DNA of 64,000 bases. Origin: Deferribacterales bacterium. Lineage in GTDB: Bacteria > Chrysiogenota > Deferribacteres > Deferribacterales > Geovibrionaceae. The notes under the pieces are model-generated. The model did no database searches. It was not told where the DNA came from and saw nothing but the letters and a program-made list of their open reading frames with translations. Position numbers and translations under genes: made by a program. Each line of letters opens with the position of its first letter. Positions within the stretch are counted from its first letter, which is position 1. Shown piece by piece: positions 1 through 9,733 of the stretch. The stretch spans positions 128,001-192,000 of the forward strand of contig JBFWMA010000004.1 in the NCBI GenBank assembly GCA_050251875.1. Reading direction: 5' to 3'.

Positions 1-1027
1 TGTCGGCGCTGTCTATGCTGTCCAGAATAATCTTAACAGGCACACGCTGAACCACCTTCACAAAGTTTCCAGTGGCGTTCTCCGCCGGAAGCAGGCTGAA
101 AGATGATCCCGTGCCGGGCTGGATGCTGTCCACATGTCCGGCTATTTTGACAGACGGGAAAGCGTCCGCCTTTATCCTGACAGACTGTCCTATGCGGATG
201 TCCTCAAGCTGTGTTTCTTTGAAATTTGCCTCCACCCAGAGCTTGTCATAGCTCACCATGGATATCACTGTCTGACCGGGCATGATATATCTGCCTTCCT
301 TCACGTTGTTCTGACCTATCAGACCGTCCGAGGGGGCATATACGGATGTGCGTTCCAGATCCAGCTCCGCCGCTCTGACAGCCTGAAGAGAGGCGTTCGC
401 CTTGAACTCCGCTGTTTTTCTGTCGGCACGCAGTGTGGTGAGGGTCGCCAGAGCTATATCCACAGACGAGGCTGACGCGCGTTTCTGTGCTCTGGACTCG
501 TCCGCTTTCGCCTTAACGCTGTCGTAAAAATTTCTGGAGACCAGATTTTCATCCGCCAGTCTGCCGTATCTGTTCATCTCTTTCTTGGCGAAGTCGTCCT
601 CTGTGGACGCTTTTTCCAGCAGAGAGCGTGACTGGTTCACCGACTGTTCCGCCTGACTGATGGCTGCGTCTATGCGGGCTATCTGCGCCATGGCGGCGGA
701 CAGCTCCTCTTTTCTCTGATCCAGCGCTATTTCATATTCCGCGGTGTCCAGCTCGAAGAGCTTGTCGCCCTTCTTCACCTTCATATTGTCCTCTATGTAT
801 ACCTTCGCCACCTTTCCTTTCACCATGGGGGCTATGGGTACCACATCGCCTTTCACAAAAGCGTTGTCGGTGGATTCGTGATGTATGTTGAACATTATCT
901 TCGGCAGAGCGTACACCGCCAGCAGGATGACGGCGGCTGTCAGTCCGGCGTAGAGCACGGTCTTTTTGCGCCTGATAGGCTTCTGTCTTTTTTCTTCAAA
1001 CTTTTCGCTGTATTTTTCGGCGTCCAT
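1..1027 (-). CDS. emrA: HlyD/EmrA-family efflux periplasmic adaptor, truncated by the window edge
   Basis: Not in the ORF track; translated by hand from ATG at 1027: MDAEKYSEK...N-terminal TM helix...ESTDNAFVKGDVVPIAPMVKGKV...WVEANFKETQL...GTGSSFSLLPAENATGNFVKVVQRVPVKI (EmrA signature). Starts 1 nt after the tolC stop. Confidence 0.9.
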   Translation of the reverse strand, partial: MDAEKYSEKFEEKRQKPIRRKKTVLYAGLTAAVILLAVYALPKIMFNIHHESTDNAFVKGDVVPIAPMVKGKVAKVYIEDNMKVKKGDKLFELDTAEYEIALDQRKEELSAAMAQIARIDAAISQAEQSVNQSRSLLEKASTEDDFAKKEMNRYGRLADENLVSRNFYDSVKAKADESRAQKRASASSVDIALATLTTLRADRKTAEFKANASLQAVRAAELDLERTSVYAPSDGLIGQNNVKEGRYIMPGQTVISMVSYDKLWVEANFKETQLEDIRIGQSVRIKADAFPSVKIAGHVDSIQPGTGSSFSLLPAENATGNFVKVVQRVPVKIILDSIDSAD

Positions 1028-1028
1028 A

Positions 1029-2504
1029 TTATTCTCCCAGTTTAAATCCGAAATAGTCGAGGCTGGTTCCTTCCGCTCTGCGGAGCACAGCCAGTCCGGC
1101 GCTGTGGTCGTAAAGAGCGTTCACCGAGCGTATCTGAGCGTCTATCAGGTCGTCCTGAAACTTCAGTATTCTGAATGTATCGGACAGTCCCTCGTTCATC
1201 TTTTTCATCTCCTGATCCAGAGTGGTTTCCGCCAGCGAGATAAATGTATTCGCTATGTCATAGCGCTTTTCTGCGCTTTCGATGCTGTTGATAGCGGTTC
1301 TGATGTCTGTTTTGGTGTCGTTCTCCGTCTTTTTCAGAGTGTATACCGCCGCCAGTTTTTCGTTTTTCAGGGACGCTGTTTTCGATTTCGCCCCTCTGGC
1401 GCCCAGCGGATAGCTGAAATTGACGCCCAGAAGCCACTGAACGCCGTCCGCTCTCGTCATGTCAAAGAGCGAGTCGGAGTATCCGCCCTCGAACTTGGTG
1501 GCGGAGTTCTCTGTTCCGGACAGACCGGAAGCGCCCAGAGTACCCACCAGATCTAGTTCGGGAAGCTGTTGATTGTCCATATATTTGATTGTCAGATCAT
1601 ACTTTTTCAGTTCAATTCTCTGTTTTTCTATATTCGGGCTCAGCTTAAGCGCTGTTTCATATGAAGCGGGGCAGTCTGTTTTCTCCGCATGAAAAACTAT
1701 GTTTTCGGTGGAGGTGTATTCTCCGCTCACAGGTGTGTTGGTGAGGTTGGACAGTCTGTCGGCGGCGTTCTTCACCGCTTCTTTGGCTGATACGACTCTT
1801 TCCTGACGCCCGGCGAGGGCTGTTTCCGCCTGCTGAACCTCGGTCACGGGGATTATCCCCGCAGCGTATCTCTTTTTGTCATATTCCAGAAGGGACTGGG
1901 CCAGCGTTTCTGATCTCAGAGCCAGCGCCAGAATATCTCTGGCTCTGGACAGGCTGTAATATGCCTTCTCTATCGCCGCCGCTGTGTCGAGCATGCCGGA
2001 GTAAAGGTCAAACCTGTACTGCATGGCGGTCAGCTCAGCGTTTTTCACATCGGTGGTGTTTATGTCTCTGCCGAAGTTTTTCAGCAGGGGCTGTGTGATA
2101 TTCATCAGAAATACGTTTCTGTATGACGGGTCGAGAGAATAATAGGGGTTGTTCGACCTGAGTCTCTCTGTTTTGAAAACGAATTCCCCGGTCATACCGC
2201 TGTAGTGAAGTTTTTTGAGAGACGCTTTGCCTGTGTATGAGCGTTCTCTCAGATAGTCCATGTTATAGGGCGTATAGTCCGTGGGGTCTTCATTGCCTTT
2301 TGCCGTCACGGATACGGTCACGGATGGGTCGAATCTGGAATCGGATACGTCTGTCAGGTCTTTTTTGGCGTCCGCCGTGCTTTTCTGAATCTGGATTGAG
2401 TAGCCGCGGGTCAGTCCGTCTGATATCGCCTGACGGAGAGTCAGCTCCTCCGCATGCGTCTGCAAAGCGGCTGACAGCAGGAAAAAAATAAAAAGGTACC
2501 TCAT
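1029..2504 (-). CDS. TolC-family outer membrane efflux protein
   Basis: 491 aa, signal peptide, OEP-like repeats (ITQPLLKNFG, LPELDL, VNFSYPLG); lies between tetR and emrA. Confidence 0.88.
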   Translation of the reverse strand: MRYLFIFFLLSAALQTHAEELTLRQAISDGLTRGYSIQIQKSTADAKKDLTDVSDSRFDPSVTVSVTAKGNEDPTDYTPYNMDYLRERSYTGKASLKKLHYSGMTGEFVFKTERLRSNNPYYSLDPSYRNVFLMNITQPLLKNFGRDINTTDVKNAELTAMQYRFDLYSGMLDTAAAIEKAYYSLSRARDILALALRSETLAQSLLEYDKKRYAAGIIPVTEVQQAETALAGRQERVVSAKEAVKNAADRLSNLTNTPVSGEYTSTENIVFHAEKTDCPASYETALKLSPNIEKQRIELKKYDLTIKYMDNQQLPELDLVGTLGASGLSGTENSATKFEGGYSDSLFDMTRADGVQWLLGVNFSYPLGARGAKSKTASLKNEKLAAVYTLKKTENDTKTDIRTAINSIESAEKRYDIANTFISLAETTLDQEMKKMNEGLSDTFRILKFQDDLIDAQIRSVNALYDHSAGLAVLRRAEGTSLDYFGFKLGE

Positions 2505-2505
2505 C

Positions 2506-3084
2506 TTAACCTCTGCTTTTTAAAGCGTTGTCGCAAAAATCAATACATGTCCCCAGCACAGAGCTGAAATCCACCTTGTGCAGGTTAGACATTCTCGTCA
2601 TGCCTATCAGCATGGCTTTAAGTATCTTCGCCGAGTTTTCGGCGTTAACGTCTTGTCTGACAGAGCCGTCATCTATGCCCCTTTTTATGGCGGCGGCTAT
2701 GATGCCTATGCTCTTTTCGCTGTTTCTTTTCACTATCTCGCACCTGTTTCCGTCATTGTCCAGGTGGGACGGCACATCACGGTGCAGAACGGTGAACTCC
2801 GCTCTGTTCTCTTCGGCGTAGCGGAAATGAAACTCCATGATGCTCCGGATGTTTTCCAGCCCTGTTTCTCCTATTTCGGAGGCGATGGTGAGCTGTTCCA
2901 TATAGTCGATCACCATGTTTTCATATATCTGGCGCAGGATTCCCTGCTTGGTTCCGAAATGGTAAAAGACAGTGCCCTGAGCCGTGTCCGCCGCCTGAGC
3001 TATCTCAGACGCCGCTGTTTCGTTGAAGCCTTTTCCGGCGAAGAGCTTTGCCGCCTCTTTCAGAATTCGTGTCCGTTTGTCCAT
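2506..3084 (-). CDS. TetR/AcrR-family transcriptional regulator
   Basis: N-terminal HTH: RILKEAAKLFAGKGFNETAASEIAQAADTAQGTVFYHFGTKQGIL. Confidence 0.95.
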   Translation of the reverse strand: MDKRTRILKEAAKLFAGKGFNETAASEIAQAADTAQGTVFYHFGTKQGILRQIYENMVIDYMEQLTIASEIGETGLENIRSIMEFHFRYAEENRAEFTVLHRDVPSHLDNDGNRCEIVKRNSEKSIGIIAAAIKRGIDDGSVRQDVNAENSAKILKAMLIGMTRMSNLHKVDFSSVLGTCIDFCDNALKSRG

Positions 3085-3093
3085 TTACTTCTC

Positions 3094-3139
3094 CTGACTG
3101 AGTAGTCAGTCAGTATATGCGAATCAAAAGTAATTGCAA
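3094..3139 (-). promoter_or_regulatory. sigma70-type promoter of tetR-tolC-emrA overlapped by a perfect palindromic operator
   Basis: Minus strand TTGCAA(3139-3134)-16 nt-TATACT(3117-3112); inverted repeat CTGACTGA-gtag-TCAGTCAG at 3094-3113. Confidence 0.75.
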
Positions 3140-3237
3140 TACAAATTTTAGTCAGGGCTTTTTTTTGTCCGTATGCGGAGATGAAATGTTGAACAAAAAC
3201 ACTAAAAAGGTATCTTAAATAATAAAGGGAGAAAGCC

Positions 3238-4281
3238 ATGAATATATCAAAATATATCGTACCCGTGCTTCTGATGTTCACCGTGTCCGCTCCGGCGGAG
3301 GCGGCCAAGTATGAGACGGCGATATTCGCCGGAGGGTGTTTCTGGTGTATGGAGCCTCCGTTCTCCTTTCTGGACGGGGTGAAGGACGTTTCCGCCGGAT
3401 ATACGGGCGGGCACACGGAAAACCCTACATATGAACAGGTTTCCACAGGCAGAACAGGGCATTACGAAGCCGTCAGGATTGTTTATGATCCGAAGAAAGT
3501 GGGCTATGACAAACTTCTGGATATCTTCTGGAAGAACATAGACCCCACAGATGACGGAGGTCAGTTCGCCGACAGAGGCACTCAGTATCTGACAGCGGTG
3601 TTCTACACCACGCCCCAGCAGAAGGACATAGCCGAGAGATCGAAAGAGGCGCTGGGCAAATCCGGCAAATTCAAAGCGCCCATAGCCACAGCCGTTCTGC
3701 CGGCTAAGAAATTTTATGCGGCGGAAGCGTATCACCAGAACTATTTTCAGACCAACTCCGATCACTATAACAGATATAAAGTAGGTTCGGGACGAGCAGG
3801 ATATCTGGAAAGGACATGGTCGAAAGACAGCAAATGGGACGGATTCAAAAAACCGTCCGACAGCGAGCTGAAAAAGAAGCTGAAGCCCATGCAGTATGAC
3901 GTGACCCAGAAAGAGGGCACTGAGCGGGCATTTGCCAATGAATTCTGGGACAACCACAAAGAGGGTATATATGTGGACGTGGTGTCCGGCGAGCCGCTCT
4001 TCTCATCCACGGATAAATATGACTCCGGCACAGGCTGGCCCAGCTTTACAAAGCCTATAGAAAAATTTTCGCTGACGGAGCACTCGGACAGAAAGCTGTT
4101 CAGTGTGCGCACAGAGGTGCGGAGCAGACATGCCGATTCGCATCTGGGGCATGTTTTCGATGACGGACCGAAGGACAGAGGCGGGCAGAGATACTGCATC
4201 AACTCCGCCGCTATGAGGTTCATCCCGAAAGAAAACCTTGAAAAAGAGGGATACGGAGAGTATCTGAAACTGTTCAAATAA
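3238..4281 (+). CDS. msrAB: Fused peptide methionine sulfoxide reductase MsrA/MsrB with signal peptide
   Basis: Msr[23 protein letters not shown]; Msr[26 protein letters not shown]-terminal hydrophobic segment ending A-E-A. Confidence 0.95.
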   Translation: MNISKYIVPVLLMFTVSAPAEAAKYETAIFAGGCFWCMEPPFSFLDGVKDVSAGYTGGHTENPTYEQVSTGRTGHYEAVRIVYDPKKVGYDKLLDIFWKNIDPTDDGGQFADRGTQYLTAVFYTTPQQKDIAERSKEALGKSGKFKAPIATAVLPAKKFYAAEAYHQNYFQTNSDHYNRYKVGSGRAGYLERTWSKDSKWDGFKKPSDSELKKKLKPMQYDVTQKEGTERAFANEFWDNHKEGIYVDVVSGEPLFSSTDKYDSGTGWPSFTKPIEKFSLTEHSDRKLFSVRTEVRSRHADSHLGHVFDDGPKDRGGQRYCINSAAMRFIPKENLEKEGYGEYLKLFK

Positions 4282-4295
4282 TTTACAGAGGGTGG

Positions 4296-4514
4296 GTGTC
4301 TGATATGATGGAATACAGGTTTCTGACAGGTCCCGATGACGCTTCTTTCTGCCGCAGAGTGACAGAGCATCTGAATGACGGATGGACGCTGTACGGCAGT
4401 CCCGCTCTCACGGTGAAAGACGGAGTGGTTATAGCCGGGCAGGCTGTGACCAGAGAGAAGAAAGAGGCTCAGGGGTTTTGCAGCAAGAACGCTTGCGGAG
4501 TTGAGAAAGACTAA
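4296..4514 (+). CDS. DUF1737-like small protein
   Basis: YRFLTGPDDASFCRRVTEHLNDGWTLYGSP...AGQAV pattern recognised; the start may be ATG 4305. Confidence 0.75.
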   Translation: MSDMMEYRFLTGPDDASFCRRVTEHLNDGWTLYGSPALTVKDGVVIAGQAVTREKKEAQGFCSKNACGVEKD

Positions 4515-5218
4515 TCGAATATGGGGTGCAGGTTATCCATGCGCCCCTTCACTGTCAGCTTTTTTCTGAAGCCCAGCATTCCGGCGTAGCCGTGCAGGTC
4601 TATCTCTGATGATGCCGGATTCTTTTTGTTCAGGGTGATTCTGCCCTGCATATCCAGCTCGGTCTTGCCGTCCGCTTTCAGCGAAATGATGTTCAGCACA
4701 CTGCCGTCCGCCTCCACCACCGCCGTGACGTTCTCGAACTCTATATCGCCCAGAGGCGAGGGCATTACAGCCTTTTCCATCCCGGCGAAAACTTTTGATT
4801 TCTCTTTTCCGGCGCTCAGAAATCCTTCCAGACGCACTCTGCCCTCCATGCGGATGGGCTCTCTGATGAAATCCAGCGCCTGACCGGATGTCTCCAGAGT
4901 GAATTTCACTGAGTCGGTGGACACCACAGCATCGGCGTTAAAAATTCCCTTTGATCTCACGGTGGTCTTTTTGCGTATCAGCATCAGCGGATTATGCCCG
5001 AAACTGATATCGCCGATCTCTCTGCCGTCTATGGTTACGCCGAAATATTCCGTGGAAAACATCCTTTCGGAAACTTCCTGCGCTTTGAAAGTCATTCCCG
5101 TATTTTTCTGAGTGTTTGAGATTATGCGGTCAATGAACGCCTGATAAGGCATGAACAGCCAGAGTGACGCCGTGAAAGACGCCAGAAACACCGCCGCCGC
5201 TATGAGAGCTTTGTTCAT
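4511..5218 (-). CDS. gspN: T2SS protein N-like
   Basis: N-terminal TM ending WLFMPY, beta-rich periplasmic part, last gene of the gspG-M run. Confidence 0.65.
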   Translation of the reverse strand: MNKALIAAAVFLASFTASLWLFMPYQAFIDRIISNTQKNTGMTFKAQEVSERMFSTEYFGVTIDGREIGDISFGHNPLMLIRKKTTVRSKGIFNADAVVSTDSVKFTLETSGQALDFIREPIRMEGRVRLEGFLSAGKEKSKVFAGMEKAVMPSPLGDIEFENVTAVVEADGSVLNIISLKADGKTELDMQGRITLNKKNPASSEIDLHGYAGMLGFRKKLTVKGRMDNLHPIFD

Positions 5219-5667
5219 TGTTTTTCCGCTTCGATGACCAGATTCAGCCTTTTTTCATTGTCGAACCGTTTTTTGATACTGACGGAAGTCAGGCGTATGT
5301 TGGAAGGTGTCTCCATCAGACGGATGAACTCCACCGCCTCGTCACCTGTCAGGCTGTCCAGACGCATCACCGCCGCTTCGGCGGCTCCGGTCTTTTTCGG
5401 CTTAACATCGGAGAGTCTTTCGGACAGTTCGGTCTTCTGCGCCGTGTCTTCTATATATGTCAGCAGTCCTGATTCCGTGGGAACGCTGATTCCGTCCGGA
5501 CGCATGGACCTGACATACAGCTCCAGCGCTTTCTGGGTCTTTTCCTGAACGGAGGCTATGGACGCGTCAGTCTTCTTCTGCAATGACACAAAAGCGCCGT
5601 GTGTCCAGTAGAACACCAGAAAAATAAGCCCCAGCGCTATGATGGCGGTTTTGACTCTGTTGTCCAT
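5215..5667 (-). CDS. gspM: T2SS protein M
   Basis: Single TM, coiled coil and ferredoxin-like C-terminus; follows gspL. Confidence 0.7.
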   Translation of the reverse strand: MDNRVKTAIIALGLIFLVFYWTHGAFVSLQKKTDASIASVQEKTQKALELYVRSMRPDGISVPTESGLLTYIEDTAQKTELSERLSDVKPKKTGAAEAAVMRLDSLTGDEAVEFIRLMETPSNIRLTSVSIKKRFDNEKRLNLVIEAEKQ

Positions 5668-6641
5668 CAGAACCTCAGAGTGAAGGAGACTGCTCCCTCA
5701 CCTTTTTTTGTATTGATAATAGTCACGTTTTTTCCTGTTTCTATGCTCAGCTTCTTTTTGAAATCTTCTATAAAGGCAAAGTCACGGGCTGTGCCCTCAT
5801 ATGTGACGCTGTCGCTCTTTATATCTATGGACGTGGCGGTCACGGCGTCTGTCTGGGTTCTGCTGATCTGTTCTAATATCCGGGTCACGGCATATGCGGA
5901 AGCGGAGTCTTTCTTAGCCGCTTTCGCCATCAGCATTCCGTAGGGGTCGGGAGTATCCGCTGTGCCTGCCTTCACATACACATCGTTCAGCATGGCTTCG
6001 GCCGCTTTCAGCCTGTCTGTCTTGTCGTGCAGACGGAAATAATATCCGCTGAAAAACAACAGCCAGCAGAGCAGGGCGGCGGCAACGGGCAGTTTATATC
6101 TGTTGATATCCAGATTATTCTTCTTAACAGACGGAATGGAGAGTGACGCCGTTGTCACGGGAATATCTATTACGGTGGGTTCGGCGGGGGGAATGTGTGT
6201 CAGTACATCGTCTCTGACCTCCACGGACGCCGAGCCGAAGGAATGGATGAAATTGTCTGAAACGCTGTAAAGCATTGTCAGGGGAGTGGTGACAGAACCG
6301 GCTCTTTCCATCGCTTTTCTGATGTCCGCTCTGCCTGTCAGGCTCGGGTCAAAAAGCGCTATGAGGATGTGTTCGCCTTTTCTGTAGAAACCGAAATCTT
6401 TTATCATATCCTGCGGAAAACCTGTCAGCAGAAAGTTTTCTATGAATTTAGCGGGATTTTTTCCGGCTGACTGCGGAAACTGCATGTGAGTGTATGTGAC
6501 AACGCTGTCGTCTATAACCAGCCTGAACCCGGGCTTCAGAGTGTCCAGAGCGGAAGAGTCCGCCGGAGTTTTTGTTCTGCCGTTCAGCAGAAAGAAGCCT
6601 TTGCTGTTCAGGATCAGCTGTGTATCAGTAGAACTGTTCAT
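5667..6641 (-). CDS. gspL: T2SS protein L-like (divergent)
   Basis: Cytoplasmic N-domain, central TM, PilN-like C-terminus (VTYEGTARDFAFIEDFKKKL); lies between gspK and gspM. Confidence 0.65.
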   Translation of the reverse strand: MNSSTDTQLILNSKGFFLLNGRTKTPADSSALDTLKPGFRLVIDDSVVTYTHMQFPQSAGKNPAKFIENFLLTGFPQDMIKDFGFYRKGEHILIALFDPSLTGRADIRKAMERAGSVTTPLTMLYSVSDNFIHSFGSASVEVRDDVLTHIPPAEPTVIDIPVTTASLSIPSVKKNNLDINRYKLPVAAALLCWLLFFSGYYFRLHDKTDRLKAAEAMLNDVYVKAGTADTPDPYGMLMAKAAKKDSASAYAVTRILEQISRTQTDAVTATSIDIKSDSVTYEGTARDFAFIEDFKKKLSIETGKNVTIINTKKGEGAVSFTLRF

Positions 6642-7539
6642 CCGGTCCCGCCATAAATCTTATTAGACGCATAGTGTTCACGTTCTTGCTTACCAGAGCG
6701 TGATAAAATCTCGGTCTGTTGTTTAAGGTTACTGTAGTCTTTATATAAAATAAAGCGCTTTTTACTGTGATGTACGGAAGCGCCTCCATATAGACCGATT
6801 CGGATATGCTCGCTGCGTTCTTCACCGAAGAGACGTCCTTGAACCCTTCGGACTTGGCGTAGTTTACTATGGAGTCGGCGCTGTCTTTCAGCTCCGGCAG
6901 AAGAGCCGATATGGTTTCGGCATCGGCGAAGTTGATGTTTATCGCCTTTTCGCCTGTGCCGGCGGTGAAATATTTTTTCATAATGGGATAGTCTTCCGCA
7001 GACATGATGAGTTTCAGCTCCGCCAGACTGTTCAGGGGGGCGTTTTTGGTGTGGATATCCGATCCGTTGAACGTATATGTCCGTCCCTCGCCGCCGCCTG
7101 TGGACGTGGTTTCGTCAGTATCTATGTAGTCGGCAATCTCGGCGCAGGAGACGCTCTTTATATTTTCATCGTCAAAAATCTTTTCGCATGCCGCCATGAA
7201 AACGTCATATGCCTTATCTTCCGTCAGCTTCAGCGTGTTCAGGTCTATTTTAGCGTTCACGGGTCTCACATACACGGACACTGTGCCGTATGGGACTTTT
7301 GCCGGGGGAATCTGCGCCCAGTCGTCAAAGGCATAGTCATAGGCGTTGTCGTCCTTCTTTATAACCTCTTCCACGCCCTTCACGGCGGAAACGGCGTATA
7401 TCTCCGACTGGCTGTCATAGAAGTCGTCAGATGTTTTTTCATAGCTTTTCATGCTGTTCTCATACATGACGATCACCGCCATAGCGCAGAAACTGATAAA
7501 GATCAGCACGCTGATGAGCACCGAGCCTCTGTTGTTCAT
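6625..7539 (-). CDS. gspK: T2SS minor pseudopilin K
   Basis: MNNRG|SVLISVL prepilin-like start without E5; KIDLN, IADYID, KNAPLNSLAEL, ININFA motifs. ATG 7539 preferred (ATGA overlap with gspJ). Confidence 0.88.
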   Translation of the reverse strand: MNNRGSVLISVLIFISFCAMAVIVMYENSMKSYEKTSDDFYDSQSEIYAVSAVKGVEEVIKKDDNAYDYAFDDWAQIPPAKVPYGTVSVYVRPVNAKIDLNTLKLTEDKAYDVFMAACEKIFDDENIKSVSCAEIADYIDTDETTSTGGGEGRTYTFNGSDIHTKNAPLNSLAELKLIMSAEDYPIMKKYFTAGTGEKAININFADAETISALLPELKDSADSIVNYAKSEGFKDVSSVKNAASISESVYMEALPYITVKSALFYIKTTVTLNNRPRFYHALVSKNVNTMRLIRFMAGPDEQFY

Positions 7540-8075
7540 TCCGACACCCCTTCGGATGTCATGGCGCATCCCGATGTCATTTTGAAGGTGTGTCCGGCGT
7601 GGCGGAAGGATATCTGTATTATGGTGTCGGATTTGTCATATTCCTCGGTGAACCTGTATCCGTTGTGGGAGAGAGCCAGCAGGTCTTCCGTGTCCGGCAG
7701 CAGCCTGAGCTCCCACTCATATTGTAGCTCGTCAGATGTCTCACTGCGTATGAGCCAGCCGTCATCCACATAGTATGTCACGTCCACGGGAACGGCTTTT
7801 TCCAGCTTTATACTGTTGGATGTTCTGAATGTTATTTTCGAGTTTTCACCCGATCCGTCTATCGTCAGGGTGTCTTTATAGAGCTGAGCCATGTCCGCCT
7901 TAACCAGTTTGCGGAAATTCATCAGCAGGGCGTTTTCGCTGTTCTTTTTCTGCGCCGCCTCACGGGTGTTCAGAACGGATGTGAGCATGCCGTAAAGCCC
8001 TGTGATTATGATGGCGGAGACAGCCAGCGCCGCCAGCATCTCTATCAGGGTAAAACCTTTATTGCTGACTTTCAT
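7536..8075 (-). CDS. gspJ: T2SS minor pseudopilin J
   Basis: NKG|FTLIEMLAAL type IV prepilin motif; position in cluster. Confidence 0.82.
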   Translation of the reverse strand: MKVSNKGFTLIEMLAALAVSAIIITGLYGMLTSVLNTREAAQKKNSENALLMNFRKLVKADMAQLYKDTLTIDGSGENSKITFRTSNSIKLEKAVPVDVTYYVDDGWLIRSETSDELQYEWELRLLPDTEDLLALSHNGYRFTEEYDKSDTIIQISFRHAGHTFKMTSGCAMTSEGVSE

Positions 8076-8397
8076 AGTAATAGTACACAGCCTTGATATC
8101 TTTGGATTCGCAGGTGAGTTTCATTTCATTGACTTCGGAATAGAGAGCCGCTCCGGTCTCTGTGGAAAATTTTATCTCTGTGCCGTCAGGCAGTCTTTTT
8201 TTATCTTTAAAGTTCTTTCCTGGATAGTTCATCAGCTCCATCACACGCTGATAGCAGGCTTCGGTGACAAAAGATTTCTGTTCGCTGTAGCTCGCCGTGT
8301 CGGCGGAGACATATGCCAGACGATACACGCCCAGCATGCCTATGGACAGGATAACCAGCGCTATGAGAACTTCCAGCAGGGTGAATCCTCTATTCAT
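8059..8397 (-). CDS. gspI: T2SS minor pseudopilin I
   Basis: [14 protein letters not shown]; 112 aa; position. Confidence 0.82.
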   Translation of the reverse strand: MNRGFTLLEVLIALVILSIGMLGVYRLAYVSADTASYSEQKSFVTEACYQRVMELMNYPGKNFKDKKRLPDGTEIKFSTETGAALYSEVNEMKLTCESKDIKAVYYYYESQQ

Positions 8398-8831
8398 CTT
8401 ATCACCACTGTCTTTGTGACGGGATCCGCTGAGATGATTCTGCCTGATGTGTCTGTCAGATCGAACTGGTCGAAAACATCGTCAGGATAGAAGCAGATGA
8501 CGTACTGCCCGCCTGCGGAGGGGGTGCCGTTTATATCCGCCGATACTATGGGGTCGGATGACGGCGTCAGCTTTTTCTTCTCTTCGGTATAGATAGCTGA
8601 CGAGCCTTTTTCGCCCCGCAGACAGACCTGTCTGTTCAGCTCATGGGCATTTTTCAGCTGTTCAGTTATCATCGAGCTGAAGGCGTCCTCTCTGCTCTGT
8701 CCGGCAATGCCGTTCTTCGCCAGTCTGGGCATCAGTGCCGATATGCCTATGCCGATGATTATGATAACCACCAGCAGCTCTATCAGCGTGAAGCCGCTAT
8801 TGCGCGATCTCAAAACTTCTGATGTCGGCAT
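8394..8831 (-). CDS. gspH: T2SS minor pseudopilin H
   Basis: [17 protein letters not shown]; follows gspG. Confidence 0.78.
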   Translation of the reverse strand: MPTSEVLRSRNSGFTLIELLVVIIIIGIGISALMPRLAKNGIAGQSREDAFSSMITEQLKNAHELNRQVCLRGEKGSSAIYTEEKKKLTPSSDPIVSADINGTPSAGGQYVICFYPDDVFDQFDLTDTSGRIISADPVTKTVVIR

Positions 8832-9231
8832 TGACTCCTTCGCCGCCCTCTTTTCTGTCCGCGCCGTAGCTGATTATTTCGTAGTCTCTGTCATCCTCTC
8901 CGGGGCTTCTGTAGAGATATGTTCCGCCCCAGGGGTCTTTGGGTACGCCGCCTTCCAGATATCCGCCTTTTTTGAAATTAACAGGCACAGGCTCTATTCC
9001 CGTCTGGGTGATGAGCGCTTCCAGACCCTGTTCGGTGGTGGGATAGATGCTGTTTTCGAGCTTATATATTTTCAGGGCGGATTCGATCGCCCTGATGTCC
9101 AGCTTGGTTTTGGTTATTCTGGCTTCGTCAGGTTTATCAAGCAGTTTAGGAACTATCAGACTGCCCAGAATACCCAGAATAACCAGAACCACTAATATCT
9201 CGATTATTGTGAACCCTTTGTTATTTTTCAT
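8797..9231 (-). CDS. gspG: T2SS major pseudopilin G
   Basis: [52 protein letters not shown]. Confidence 0.96.
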   Translation of the reverse strand: MKNNKGFTIIEILVVLVILGILGSLIVPKLLDKPDEARITKTKLDIRAIESALKIYKLENSIYPTTEQGLEALITQTGIEPVPVNFKKGGYLEGGVPKDPWGGTYLYRSPGEDDRDYEIISYGADRKEGGEGVNADIRSFEIAQ

Positions 9232-9295
9232 TTTTTCACCCGTTTACAAATAAATACCGTTTGACAGAATACTACAATAAAAAGGATAATTTGTC

Positions 9296-9703
9296 ATGGT
9301 TAAAAAGTCTGAAAAAACGTCAGCGATTTTTGGTTTTTTTGTGGCGGCGGGTCTTTTGTGGCTCGGGGTCAGGCTCTACATGGGCAGGGTGGTTTTTCCT
9401 GAGCCTTTCATGGTGCTGGTGCTTCTGGTGATCGCTCCTGTGTGCGAAGAGCTGTTTTTCAGGGGTTTTGTGCAGGATGTCATCAGACGCAGGCTCGTTT
9501 ACGGGCTTTTCGGCTTGACTCTGGCTAATGTTTTAACGTCTGTTCTGTTCGCCTGCGTCCATCTTTTTTCATGGGGGGCTTTTCACTCCCTGCTGGTATT
9601 TTTCCCTTCTCTGGCGTTCGGATATGTGTTTGACCGCACGGGAAAGATCAGTCTGTGCGTGCTTCTTCATGCTTTGTATAACCTGAACGCATTTATTGTT
9701 TAA
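9296..9703 (+). CDS. CPBP (CAAX/Abi) glutamic intramembrane protease, myxosortase/JDVT-CTERM (MrtJ)-like
   Basis: Motifs APVCEELFFRG, SVLFACVH, LLHALYN; VFFPSLAFG segment resembles myxosortase-family members; first gene of the gspCDEF arm. Confidence 0.85.
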   Translation: MVKKSEKTSAIFGFFVAAGLLWLGVRLYMGRVVFPEPFMVLVLLVIAPVCEELFFRGFVQDVIRRRLVYGLFGLTLANVLTSVLFACVHLFSWGAFHSLLVFFPSLAFGYVFDRTGKISLCVLLHALYNLNAFIV

Positions 9704-9733
9704 AAATATTTCCGGAGATGGTAGTTTATTTCT

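Noticed and set aside
134..1556. Plus-strand ORFs 134-475 and 966-1556
   Set aside because: The real genes are emrA and tolC on the minus strand; emrA is missing from the track only because it runs off the edge.
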